Shown: positions 27,562 through 38,500 of the stretch, piece after piece
How the letters are laid out: each line of letters begins with the position of its first letter
Position numbering within the stretch: position 1 is the first letter of the stretch
Source of the DNA: a virus
Reading direction: 5' to 3' (one strand)
Virus record (IMG/VR): IMGVR_UViG_3300035670_000062
Coordinates: 32,001-96,000 of that record
DNA length: 64,000 nt
Program-made: the position numbers and the translations under genes
Notes under the pieces: model-generated
Database searches by the model: none
What the model was told of the DNA's origin: nothing
The model's input: only the letters and a program-made list of their open reading frames with translations

Positions 27562-29480
27562 TGAGTCTAATAACTAAAAATACAAATTTAAAATCATTAG
27601 GGTTTGGTAAGGATAGACCTGGTGGTGGGAGTAGTAATCAACCATACATCAAGTCAAAACCTGAATCTCAAACTCCAAATGAGGATTTTATCCTTAGAGG
27701 AGGACTTAGAGCACCTGAAAGAGCAGCTGAAGATTTAGAAAGAATGACTAAAATGTTATTCGATTTAAAATCACCTAAAGGATTATTATTCACTGTAAAA
27801 CAAAATTTATTATCTAGACTTTCCGTAGCCACTGAAGCCAGTATAGGACCTGCATATGGTAGTCCATCATTCATAAACACATCAACAAATGATTTACTAT
27901 GGACTAAATCAGCCGTAAATCAAGGTATTTACAACCCATTATCTTCCCTACTTCAAGTAAGTACAGGATATCTAGGCAACCACCTAAATACATTTGGTAT
28001 CAACCCATATTCGCCTTTAACTAACGTCATTGAAACTAATTTCTTACCTAATCTAGGATTAATTAGATATGAAGACGCAGTTAAACAAACTACTACTCTT
28101 ACTAAAAGAATAAAAGTTCAAGAGTATAAACAAGACCCCAATGGAAGAAAAGATAGTTTTCTAGGAACAATTCCTTACACTATAGTTTCATCTAATAAAA
28201 GAGTACCTATAGGTGAAAATGGTCAGCAAAATAGATTAATTTATCTATATGAAAAACATACAGCAATTAAATCAGAAAACCCAACATTATTAATAGAATA
28301 TAATGGTGGTCCTGGTGCTGTTATGGGAGTAGGTAAAACTCAAATTAAATTTTCAAGGGAACAAAGAACGGGTATAAATAATTTTAATTTAACAACTAAT
28401 CCATTTTTCCTTAAGGGAGGAATTGAATCATCTCCAACTTCAAGAGAAGATGACCTTAAAACAATAAATCTATTAGGATTATCAAAACTATCAAAACAAT
28501 CAGAATTATCTGAACCCCTTGAAGAAAATTTAACCTTAGATAAATACACTGGATATAATGAAGATTTCCAAAAAATTACAATAGAACCAGAAATAAAATC
28601 TGAACCAATAATTGTTGATTTTAGAGGATTATACCCATATAGTGATTCAAGTAAAGTAATTGAAGGAAATGATGGTTCAAGAATAAATCAAAGATCCCCA
28701 GGGAGAAAAGATGTTGAAGGTAAGACTTTAAATAAATATTCATTATCCAACAAACCAAAAGCAGTTGATAAAATAAATGCATATCCAATATATGAATCAC
28801 CACTAAGAACAAAAACAGAAACAGAAGATATTGGAAATGATTTAGTAAAATTCAGAATAGGAGTTATAAATGGTAATAAAAAAGAATATATCCATTTTAG
28901 AGCATTTATAGATTCATTTAGTGATTCATATTCAGGAAAATGGGACCCATTAAATTACATGGGAAGGGGAGAAAGTTTTTACAAATATGGTGGGTTTGAG
29001 AGAAATATAAGTCTTTCATTTACAGTAGCAGCCCAATCAAGAGCAGAATTAATACCACAATATCAAAAATTAAACTTTCTAGCTTCAACTTTAGCTCCTA
29101 ATTATGGAGGTTCTGATTATATGGGAGGTCAATTAATTTCTTTGACTATGGGTGGATGGTTATATGAACAAATAGGATTTATTTCTCAAATAACTTTAGA
29201 TGTTCCACAGGAATCCCCATGGGAAATAGGTATTGATGATGATGGGAATTATAGTAGAAATGAAAAAGACGAATATAATAAAACAGTTAAAGAATTACCT
29301 CACATAGTAAAAGTTACTGGTCTCCAATTCACTCCAATCCACTCATTTAGACCTGAAAAACAAAAAATTGATTTTAACGAAAGTGGAGATATAGAATCAT
29401 ATGGTGAACAAAGATTTATTGCTTTGGATGCAGGAAGGGAAGATACTAATGGTTGGAGTTATATCCCCCCAAAACCATAA
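27561..29480 (+). CDS. baseplate/tail-tube initiator-like protein
   Basis: C-terminal FRAFIDSFSDSYSGKW..MGRGE..YKYGGFERNISLSF tube-fold-like segment. Confidence 0.6.
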   Translation: MSLITKNTNLKSLGFGKDRPGGGSSNQPYIKSKPESQTPNEDFILRGGLRAPERAAEDLERMTKMLFDLKSPKGLLFTVKQNLLSRLSVATEASIGPAYGSPSFINTSTNDLLWTKSAVNQGIYNPLSSLLQVSTGYLGNHLNTFGINPYSPLTNVIETNFLPNLGLIRYEDAVKQTTTLTKRIKVQEYKQDPNGRKDSFLGTIPYTIVSSNKRVPIGENGQQNRLIYLYEKHTAIKSENPTLLIEYNGGPGAVMGVGKTQIKFSREQRTGINNFNLTTNPFFLKGGIESSPTSREDDLKTINLLGLSKLSKQSELSEPLEENLTLDKYTGYNEDFQKITIEPEIKSEPIIVDFRGLYPYSDSSKVIEGNDGSRINQRSPGRKDVEGKTLNKYSLSNKPKAVDKINAYPIYESPLRTKTETEDIGNDLVKFRIGVINGNKKEYIHFRAFIDSFSDSYSGKWDPLNYMGRGESFYKYGGFERNISLSFTVAAQSRAELIPQYQKLNFLASTLAPNYGGSDYMGGQLISLTMGGWLYEQIGFISQITLDVPQESPWEIGIDDDGNYSRNEKDEYNKTVKELPHIVKVTGLQFTPIHSFRPEKQKIDFNESGDIESYGEQRFIALDAGREDTNGWSYIPPKP

Positions 29481-29535
29481 AGACATTTGGCTACCTCCTA
29501 ATTTCTTCTTATATTTATAACAAATAACAAACTAA

Positions 29536-29835
29536 TTGTCTAGATACTCTCAAATACCTCAAATTAAATCCCCTAATAGGAAATTAATGTATAAAAACAT
29601 TAAATATCCTCAAATACCAAGAAATATTAATGATATTTATGTTTACACTACTATAGGAGACAGATTTGATACTTTAGCATTACAATATTATAATGATTCT
29701 TCATTATGGTGGATTATATCAATTGCAAATGAATCATTACTTCAAGATTCTTTAATTCCCCCAATTGGGTCTCAAATTAGAATACCTACAAATTATTTAA
29801 ATATTTTAGATGAATTTAATAGAATAAACATATAA
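29536..29835 (+). CDS. LysM-like baseplate wedge protein (gp53/tail X-like)
   Basis: GDRFDTLALQYYNDSSLWWIISIAN...GSQIRIP; TTG start. Confidence 0.8.
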   Translation: MSRYSQIPQIKSPNRKLMYKNIKYPQIPRNINDIYVYTTIGDRFDTLALQYYNDSSLWWIISIANESLLQDSLIPPIGSQIRIPTNYLNILDEFNRINI

Positions 29836-30187
29836 AAATAAACAAATAAACATGAAAAAATCAGAACTAAGACAAATCATTAAAGAAGAAATTTCTAAAG
29901 TATTAAAAGAAGATACAAATACTGAAGTCCAAATAACTCCATATTATGATTTTTATAAAATAATTTTTCCATCAGGATTCGAAGATGAATTTTTCGAATC
30001 TAAAGATGAAACTAAATTATTTACAGATACAATAATGGGAAACAACCATTATAATAAATTAATTGATAATTTAAAGAAGAACAATATTCCATATAAAGAA
30101 AGAAAAGCAAGATTAGATAATTCTGTTAGAATAGAAATACCTAGAACTTTATGAAATTAGATGAATTTAACAGAATAAACATATAAA
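29806..30187 (+). repeat. 31-bp direct repeats (29806-29836, 30157-30187) flanking an MKKSEL gene
   Basis: TTAGATGAATTTAA(T/C)AGAATAAACATATAAA. Confidence 0.85.
29852..30154 (+). CDS. MKKSEL-leader protein
   Basis: MKKSELRQIIKEEISKVLKE. Confidence 0.8.
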   Translation: MKKSELRQIIKEEISKVLKEDTNTEVQITPYYDFYKIIFPSGFEDEFFESKDETKLFTDTIMGNNHYNKLIDNLKKNNIPYKERKARLDNSVRIEIPRTL

Positions 30188-30226
30188 GCCCTAAATAGGG
30201 CTTTTTTTATCTATTTATAATAAAAT
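30184..30226 (+). terminator. terminator plus TATTTATA cassette, copy 2
   Basis: 42/43 identical to 24893-24935. Confidence 0.85.
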
Positions 30227-30231
30227 CAGGT

Positions 30232-31350
30232 ATGGCTAATATAATAGGAGAACCTTTTAAAGATTATGTAAATAGTCAAATTGAAGCTAGACAAGAAGTT
30301 CATGGTAAAATTTCTGATAGGACTATAGATGAAATTCAATATCTTAATTCAAGAAATGCTTGGATTAAAATGGCATCTGGTATAACTATAGATAAAGAAA
30401 GATTAGGCTATTTAAAAAAATCTAACCCACTAATCACAGATTCTATGTTAGGTAAAGAGTTAGCAATGAAATACATTTTATTTAATGGAATATCGACAGT
30501 AAGTCAAACATTAATAAATGATCCTAATGATTCAACCAAACAAATCCAGCAAGGAACATTATCTCAAAAGTCTGGTTTAAGTGATAAAAACTCTTCATAC
30601 GATTATACCTCTCAATTTAAATATTCTCCAATGCCTGGTATATTGAATGCTGATATAAGATGTATAAATAGAGGTTCAATCAAAAAAGCAACAATTAATA
30701 TTAAAGTTCATAATAAATATCAGTTAGATATAATTGATACTTTATATATGAGATTAGGATATACTGTAATGTTAGAATGGGGTTATGATAAATATTGGGA
30801 TGATAAAACTAAATCATTAGAAAAAATGGGTCCATCTTTAATAGACAATGAATATTGGCAAGATATATACAACAATACTGATTATTCAAAATGGTTACCT
30901 AAAATAGAAGAGAGAAGAAAGATATGTAGAGGAAATTATGATGGAATGATGGGTATGGTTACTAACTTTTCTTGGAATTTTAATAGTGATGGTAGTTATG
31001 ATGTTAAAATAGAAGTAATAAGTTTAGGAGATATCATAGAATCACTTAAAGTAAATTTACCTCCACTATCAACAGAAACAGACAAAAGTTTATACGCACA
31101 ATTTGCAACAAATAGTTTTGGAATATCTGCCGAAGTTCTAGAAGCATACAGAAATAGCCAAGATGAAAATTTCTTCTCTTTACTAGAAAAAAATAAGAGT
31201 AAAAACAGAATATATAATTATTTTTATAATATAAGAAAATACTACAATACTCTCCCACAATCAGATATAGAATATTATACAAATACAGGTGAAGAACGTT
31301 TCGATTATACAACCACCAAACCAATTCCTGGATTAAGTGGAGCAGGCTAA
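30232..31350 (+). CDS. baseplate hub-like structural protein, N-terminal part
   Basis: PMPGI, YMRLGYTVMLEWG, GNYDGMMGMVTNFSW. Confidence 0.6.
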   Translation: MANIIGEPFKDYVNSQIEARQEVHGKISDRTIDEIQYLNSRNAWIKMASGITIDKERLGYLKKSNPLITDSMLGKELAMKYILFNGISTVSQTLINDPNDSTKQIQQGTLSQKSGLSDKNSSYDYTSQFKYSPMPGILNADIRCINRGSIKKATINIKVHNKYQLDIIDTLYMRLGYTVMLEWGYDKYWDDKTKSLEKMGPSLIDNEYWQDIYNNTDYSKWLPKIEERRKICRGNYDGMMGMVTNFSWNFNSDGSYDVKIEVISLGDIIESLKVNLPPLSTETDKSLYAQFATNSFGISAEVLEAYRNSQDENFFSLLEKNKSKNRIYNYFYNIRKYYNTLPQSDIEYYTNTGEERFDYTTTKPIPGLSGAG

Positions 31351-31363
31351 ATAAAAAAATATA

Positions 31364-33454
31364 ATGAGTAAGAAAATAGAATTTAATATAAATAATATAG
31401 GACTTAATGAAATAGGTAAAACATTAAATCCAACTATAGAAGATACTTCCGAGAATGTGAGGAATAATTATATGAATGAATGGAATACTAATGTTACATA
31501 CCCCATATACACTCCCGAAATTGACTCATCAGATATAATAAAACTATTTATTAAAAATGAAGAAGAAAGTTTTTTTATTAGATTAGGTACTTTATTAGGA
31601 TTCATTAATGATAAAATAATTCCTAAGATAGAATCAACCTCCCAACCATTAATTACTATAGATACTGATGAAAAAACTAACATATGTTATGTTATAGATA
31701 ATATTATATCTAACGATATAAGAAAAGTAATAATAAAAAATGATAGATTTTATAATGGAACTGAAACTGAAGATTTTTTATTTACTGGGTTAAATGATTT
31801 TATAGTAGAAGAGTATGATAGTAGTACATTATATGGTCAAATAATGAACATTTATATAAATTTTAATGAAGTGTTAACGTTATTTGATAATGTAGATGAA
31901 AAAAATGAAATTAATTTATTTGAAATTTTATCCTCTATATGTAAAATGATAAATCAATGTTTAGGAAATGTAAATAATTTAGAACCTATAATTGATGAAG
32001 AAAATATTACTGTAAAAATTATTGATCAAACACCTATTCCAAATATAGATCTAATAGTTAAAAAACTAAACCCTCAATACCTACAACCAGAAGATAATAA
32101 AGAAGTAATATTACAATTATATGGATATAATAATAATAAATCTAACTTTATAAGAAATATAAATCTTGTTACTGAAATCTCAAAAAACTACTCAACGATG
32201 ATATCCATTGGTGCTACATCTAATGGAGCTATTCCAGGAGCTGAATCAACAGCATTTTCAAAATGGAATGTAGGACTAACAGACCGATTTAAAACTCAAA
32301 TAATAGATGCCAATGCGAATACGGGCTCATTAGAAGACCAGAACTCAGTAGTAATAAATAATTATATAGATTTTATTGCTCAAACATTCCTCAAAATAGG
32401 ATTAAATCAATCCCCACCATTTGAAGTAAACACAGAAGTAGTAGATACTAACACTACAGTAATAGAAAACTTTTACAAATACGCTCAAGCTCAATCTTCA
32501 AAAAATGAAGAAAATTCAATTGAAAGTTCAGTAGGATTCTTACCATTTAATTTAAAAATAGAAATGGATGGAATAGGAGGTATCAAAATATATAATAGAG
32601 TAAAAACAGACACTAGATTTCTCCCATCCAACTACCCAGATACTTTACAATTTATAATAACTGGAGTGAACCATAAGATATCAGATAATGATTGGGTAAC
32701 ATCATTAGAAACAATAGCAACTATAGATAATAATCAAGGTAAAAAAAATATATCTGTAAAAGAAATATTAAAAAATTATTCTACTCAAATAGCAATTATA
32801 CAACAACGACAAGCATTAGAAGCTAGAAACCAAAGTACTCGAAGACAAGACTCTTACAACAATTCAGATTGTTCAGAAGATTCTAAAATACCACTATCAG
32901 ATAATTATAATTTAGCACAACTTTCATGTAATACCGATTATGCTAAATATTCATTACCTAAAATAAAAAAAACAGGAAATTCCTATTATGATCCTTCAAG
33001 AGAAGAAATAATTCAAAATCTTACACAATTAGCAAAAAATATTTTAGAACCATTAAGAAAAAATTACCTTATAAATAATGAAAATGATATCTCAATAACA
33101 GCAGGATATAGGAATCAAGGTAAAATAAGCCAACATGAAATAGGTCAAGCGGTAGATATCCAATTTTATTCCATAAGAAAACAATCTATATCTGACCAAA
33201 ACAGATTAATGTTAGAAAGAGCTAAAGAAATTGAAAAATTATTATTTCCAAATTACGATGATTTTATATTAGAATATAAAATAATAGGTACACAACAACC
33301 ATGGATTCATATATCTTACAGAACAAACCCATCACCACGTAAGCAAAAACGGACAGCTATTACGTATGGAGACCCCCAAAAGCCTACAGTAGAATATTTT
33401 GCTGGATTTCTTAGTTTTGAGGATGCTAAAAAAAAGATGTCAAAAAATAAATAA
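31364..33454 (+). CDS. tail/baseplate hub protein with C-terminal peptidase M15
   Basis: ITAGYR...SQHEIGQAVDI...WIHISY zinc-peptidase motifs; EMDGIGGIKI...V.H.I..NDW.T hub-like segment. Confidence 0.75.
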   Translation: MSKKIEFNINNIGLNEIGKTLNPTIEDTSENVRNNYMNEWNTNVTYPIYTPEIDSSDIIKLFIKNEEESFFIRLGTLLGFINDKIIPKIESTSQPLITIDTDEKTNICYVIDNIISNDIRKVIIKNDRFYNGTETEDFLFTGLNDFIVEEYDSSTLYGQIMNIYINFNEVLTLFDNVDEKNEINLFEILSSICKMINQCLGNVNNLEPIIDEENITVKIIDQTPIPNIDLIVKKLNPQYLQPEDNKEVILQLYGYNNNKSNFIRNINLVTEISKNYSTMISIGATSNGAIPGAESTAFSKWNVGLTDRFKTQIIDANANTGSLEDQNSVVINNYIDFIAQTFLKIGLNQSPPFEVNTEVVDTNTTVIENFYKYAQAQSSKNEENSIESSVGFLPFNLKIEMDGIGGIKIYNRVKTDTRFLPSNYPDTLQFIITGVNHKISDNDWVTSLETIATIDNNQGKKNISVKEILKNYSTQIAIIQQRQALEARNQSTRRQDSYNNSDCSEDSKIPLSDNYNLAQLSCNTDYAKYSLPKIKKTGNSYYDPSREEIIQNLTQLAKNILEPLRKNYLINNENDISITAGYRNQGKISQHEIGQAVDIQFYSIRKQSISDQNRLMLERAKEIEKLLFPNYDDFILEYKIIGTQQPWIHISYRTNPSPRKQKRTAITYGDPQKPTVEYFAGFLSFEDAKKKMSKNK

Positions 33455-34068
33455 TGTATTATCCTAAATCCCAAATAAAAACCAGTTTATATACTAATGG
33501 TGGAGAGTATTTTGTTAAAAGTACTAATGATGATTATGTAGGTTATTATTGGATGAATTCTAAGAATGAAACTTACGCTGGGAAAACTCCCCCACCCCCT
33601 CCAAGAAAAGGAATAAAAATAGTAAAATATACTACACCTAGAACTGTTGATTATGATGACCCTGAACCAAATATAGATCCTCAATATCAAATAATACCTC
33701 AAACTGAATTTGTTTTAGTATCAACTCCTAACTTACAAAATAATTTTAATTATCCTGTTCAAACTCAATCTAGATTTATTCCTAAACCTTATCAATCAAA
33801 TCCAACAAGTGAAGATATAAATAAAGGAGAATATTTTAGATATTTTTGTAAAAAAAATAATGAGAATATTTACTTTGAAATAGATAAATCTACCCATTTT
33901 AGTTTAAATTCAAAATCTAAAACTATTGCTTTTGATTTATATTCATCAATAGAAGTAAAATGGTATATAGGTGTTAATTCCGAATCAAAAAATAAAACAA
34001 ACATTCAACTTGCTTCTACTAAATATAATTGGGCTGGTTTTATATTTTATTTTAAAGATAAATTCTAA
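33454..34068 (+). CDS. hypothetical structural-module protein
   Basis: MYYPKSQI..LYTNGGE; RYFCKK. Confidence 0.65.
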   Translation: MYYPKSQIKTSLYTNGGEYFVKSTNDDYVGYYWMNSKNETYAGKTPPPPPRKGIKIVKYTTPRTVDYDDPEPNIDPQYQIIPQTEFVLVSTPNLQNNFNYPVQTQSRFIPKPYQSNPTSEDINKGEYFRYFCKKNNENIYFEIDKSTHFSLNSKSKTIAFDLYSSIEVKWYIGVNSESKNKTNIQLASTKYNWAGFIFYFKDKF

Positions 34069-34097
34069 AAATATACGACTCGTATATTTATAATAAA

Positions 34098-35243
34098 ATG
34101 GCTGTTTATAAATTATTCCCAAGTAAGGATACAACTCTATACTCAAAATACCCTGACATGAATTCAGGTATAGACCCTATTATAGAAACTTCCAACATTA
34201 ACATAGCATTAGATGCAGAGCCTCAAATATCAAGATTCTTAATCCAATTTGACCAAGATGAAATTATAAATACTATAAATACATATGCTAATAATAGTAT
34301 TTGGAATACTACTTTGAAAGTATTTATAGCAGAAGCAGAAGGATTAGTAAGTGAATCTAATTTAGAAATTTATCCTATAGCTCAAGAATGGAAAATGGGG
34401 ACAGGAACTTATTTAGATGTTCCAATCACAACAAATGGAGCATGTTGGGTATCTCCTACATTTAATGGTAGTGTAGCTTGGTCATCTAGTGGAACTGATT
34501 CAAATGGTAATCTAATAACTAGTTCATATAATTCAAGTTATACCTCACAAGGAGGGGGAAGTTGGTTTTATGAAGATAATTCAAGTAATAGTTATAAACT
34601 TACTCAATCTTTTGACATCAAAACATATAAAGACATTAAAATAGATGTTAAAAATATTGTAGAAAATTGGTATAGTGGTTCTCTTGAAAATAATGGATTT
34701 ATAGTAAAATGGGAAGATACAATAGAATTTAACTCATCTTCCGCTATTCAACCCATCCTTCAATTCTTCAGTTCAGATACAAATACTATATATCCCCCTC
34801 AATTAGAAATAAAGTGGGATGATTATTCAAGTGTATTAAACTTAATCCCAACATCTTCTATCCTAACAGATCCCACAAACATATTAATATCAGTAACAAA
34901 TAATATAGGTACATTTAAATTAGATAGTGTTAATAAATTTAGATTAAATATAGCTCCTAAATATCCAATTAAGACTTGGAGTACTGAATCTATTTTTGTA
35001 TCTACTAATTATCTACCATCATCATCATTTTATGCTGTTAAAGATTTAGATACTAATGAAATGATTATTGATTTTGATGATATTTATACTAAAATAAGTT
35101 CTGATTCAAATGGTAATTTCTTTACATTATATATGAATGGCCTCCAACCAGAAAGATATTACAAAATATTAATTAAAACTATAATGGATGGTACTACATT
35201 AATAATAGATGACAATTATTACTTTAAAATAATAAATGGATAA
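34098..35243 (+). CDS. virion protein (DNRLRE-like domain)
   Basis: KDTTLYS...SRFLIQFD...W..GTG...NNGFIVK...FFSSDTNTIYPPQLEIKW. Confidence 0.6.
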   Translation: MAVYKLFPSKDTTLYSKYPDMNSGIDPIIETSNINIALDAEPQISRFLIQFDQDEIINTINTYANNSIWNTTLKVFIAEAEGLVSESNLEIYPIAQEWKMGTGTYLDVPITTNGACWVSPTFNGSVAWSSSGTDSNGNLITSSYNSSYTSQGGGSWFYEDNSSNSYKLTQSFDIKTYKDIKIDVKNIVENWYSGSLENNGFIVKWEDTIEFNSSSAIQPILQFFSSDTNTIYPPQLEIKWDDYSSVLNLIPTSSILTDPTNILISVTNNIGTFKLDSVNKFRLNIAPKYPIKTWSTESIFVSTNYLPSSSFYAVKDLDTNEMIIDFDDIYTKISSDSNGNFFTLYMNGLQPERYYKILIKTIMDGTTLIIDDNYYFKIING

Positions 35244-35586
35244 TATGGATGAAAGTATTAAAATGAATAAAACAGTTTTTAATAAAGTAAATTATTTAAA
35301 AACAATTGATACTTCTATAAGACAATTAGGTGTTAAAACTATTCAAGAACAAATAGAAGAACAACCAACAACAGAGGATTTTTTTAATTTATATCAAAAA
35401 TTATTTTATGACATACCAGAAAGAGGAGAATTTAATTCTCATGAATTTTTAATAAAATCTAGTAGTGAATATATTAATTTTGATGAAATAGATCAACAAA
35501 TATTATTATTACAAGATGAAATTTCTCAATTAAGATTAGAATTATTACAAACACAAAAAGACTTAGCAGAAGCTAAAACTCAATAA
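35236..35586 (+). CDS. hypothetical protein with C-terminal coiled coil
   Basis: 116 aa, coupled to both neighbours. Confidence 0.7.
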   Translation: MDNMDESIKMNKTVFNKVNYLKTIDTSIRQLGVKTIQEQIEEQPTTEDFFNLYQKLFYDIPERGEFNSHEFLIKSSSEYINFDEIDQQILLLQDEISQLRLELLQTQKDLAEAKTQ

Positions 35587-38500
35587 TGACTACAATAACA
35601 AAACTTGATCCTTCTAATTTACTAATTCAAGAATATAGTTCTAATGATACTAATTTAATCAATAATTTTGATTTAGATTTTTCATTATCTCCTTCAAGTT
35701 ACATTGAATTATCAATATTCAATTCAAACAATGAAATATTATTAACTAATTATAATTATAATTTATATAAAGTAATAAATGATGGTCAATCATCCCTTAC
35801 TAACAATATATCACAAATCCAAATAAACCCAGAAAATGACTTAGCTTTATATTCATATGAACAGGGTGAATTTATTACATTTTATAATTTCCTAGAAAAA
35901 AAAATAGGAGCTCCATTTGAAACATTATATATAGAAGAGATTTCATCTGACAGAACAGAAGTAAGAATAAATACTACTTCATTAGAATTAGAAACATTTC
36001 TTTCTCAATCTCAAAAATTTATAGATGAAAGAGAAAATAGTACATATTTTACTGATTTTTATTTAAATTTAGGTTCAAATATCTTATTAATATGTAATAA
36101 TATTATAATAGATAACGATTCAATCATAGTTAAACTATACGAACCTCTACCTATATCAGTTAATATAAAACGAGAATTATGGATAGTCACATCAATCAAT
36201 GAACCAGAAGTTTACTTAGTTAATTTTCCTTTTACTCCCATTGAAATACAAGATTTTACTTTTTTAAATGGTCCTAACTTTAATATTCCTATAAAAGACC
36301 AAATAAATAATTCATCTCCTTTACAATCATATACTGATATTACATTATCTTCAATATCTTCTTCTACTAATCAATTAAATTCATTATTAACATCTCAATC
36401 AATTGAAATAAACGTTGATTATTCTGATTTTAATGATTTTATTCATTTTAGTTCAATTGAAACTAGATTAAGAAATTTTAAAAGTAAAGTAGAATTAATA
36501 GAAAATTATTCTTCTTCAATAAATTTAGTTCAATCTACTACTAGTTCTTTAAGTACTATAAATATACTTCAAAATAATATATCTGAAATAATTAATACTT
36601 TTGATAATTATGAGTATTTTTTATATTATGATAGTGGTTCTACTTCTTCTTGGCCTAAGACTACAACAACTCTCCCATACGAATTAGCAAAATCAAATTC
36701 TGTTCAATTACAAACTTGGTTTGGTAATATTGATGAGAATTCACCATACTATGGAGGAATTATATTATCAGCTTCATTTTACGATAATGAAAATAAAGAC
36801 CAATTATTAAAATCTATACCTGAATATTTAAGAGAAGATCCAAATAATAAACCATATGAACTATTCATAGATATGATAGCTCAACATTATGATAATATAT
36901 GGTTATACACTAAAGATATTACTCAAAAATACAATAATGATAATAGATTAGATTTTGGTATATCTAAAGATGTAGTAGCAGAAGCAATTAAAGATTTTGG
37001 TATAAAAATATATCAAAATAATTTTTCAACTAATGATTTATATACTGCATTTTTGGGAATTACTCCTAGTGGTTCATTATTTCCCTTCCCAAACATAACT
37101 CCAACTCTTCCAGCACTTACAGGAGAAGAATATATAGATTCATTTATATCTGCATCTAATGACATAATCCCTTTAGATGATGTTAATAAATCATTATATA
37201 AAAGAATATATCATAACATCCCATACCTATTAAATTCAAAAGGAACAATAGCAGGATTACGAGCATTAATAACTACGTATGGCATCCCAGATACAATACT
37301 TAAAATCAATGAATTTGGTGGGAAAGATAAAGTAAATGAAAACGATTGGGATTTATATTTTAATAAATTTAATTATTCATATTATACTCAAGGTAATAAT
37401 AACATTATAACGAATTGGGGAATAAATCCCCAAGCTACAATATCTTACCCTTACCCTGGCACTGTGGCTTTCAGATTTAAAGCTGGAGACATACCAACAA
37501 CTTCTTCCCAACAAGTATTATGGATGACTTCAGATTCATCTGGAACTACAATATCTAAAACTTTAATATTAGAATATACAGGTTCTGGTATGACAAGTGG
37601 ATCCTATTCAGGTTCAATAGTAGATCCATACAATGAATATGGAACATTAAAATACATCATAGATCCAGATACAGTAAATGAAACTTCATGTAGTATATAT
37701 TTACCATTTTTTAATGATGGTTGGTGGAGTGTTATGGTTAGACAAGATGGATTTGATACTGATATTGAATATCTAATCACTGAAGATGGAGATTTTATAT
37801 TAACTGAAAATGGAGATTATGTTATAAATAATAATCACATAACTCCCCCAACATTAGGAACAGCAAGTTTATATGTAGGAAATAATATTTACAATGGTTT
37901 AGATGGAACTGGAATAGGATTTATTGCTTCATCATCATTAAATGACCCAACAATATCAGGAAGTTGGTTTACAGGTGATGTTTCATATTTTACTAATGGG
38001 TTTATATATAATTCAAATCTTATTCCTTCATTTGTAGGTGAATTACAAGAAATAAGATATTACAATATTCCCTTAGGTAATTCGAGGTTTTATGATTTCG
38101 TAATGAATCCATTGTCTATAGAAGGAAATTCTATAAACAGCTCTCCCGAACATTTAGTATTTAGAGCATCATTAGGGAGTGAATTAGATTTAATTACTAC
38201 TCAAACAGGTTCATCAATTCATCCTAAAATATCTTACACTACACCAGTAAACTCATTTACAAATAATAGCGAATATTACTTTGGTAAAGTTCCTACATTT
38301 AATAAAAATTATGAAACATATTTCCTAGACCAATTCCCAACTGGATTAAAAAATAGAATATCAGACAAAATAAGAATAGTAAACAATAATATTCCATCAG
38401 GTAGTACTTTATCATCTATAACTAATATAAATCAAACAAAAAACCAACCATATACAAAAAATAGTAACCATTTAGAAGTAACATTTTCTCCTCAAAATGA

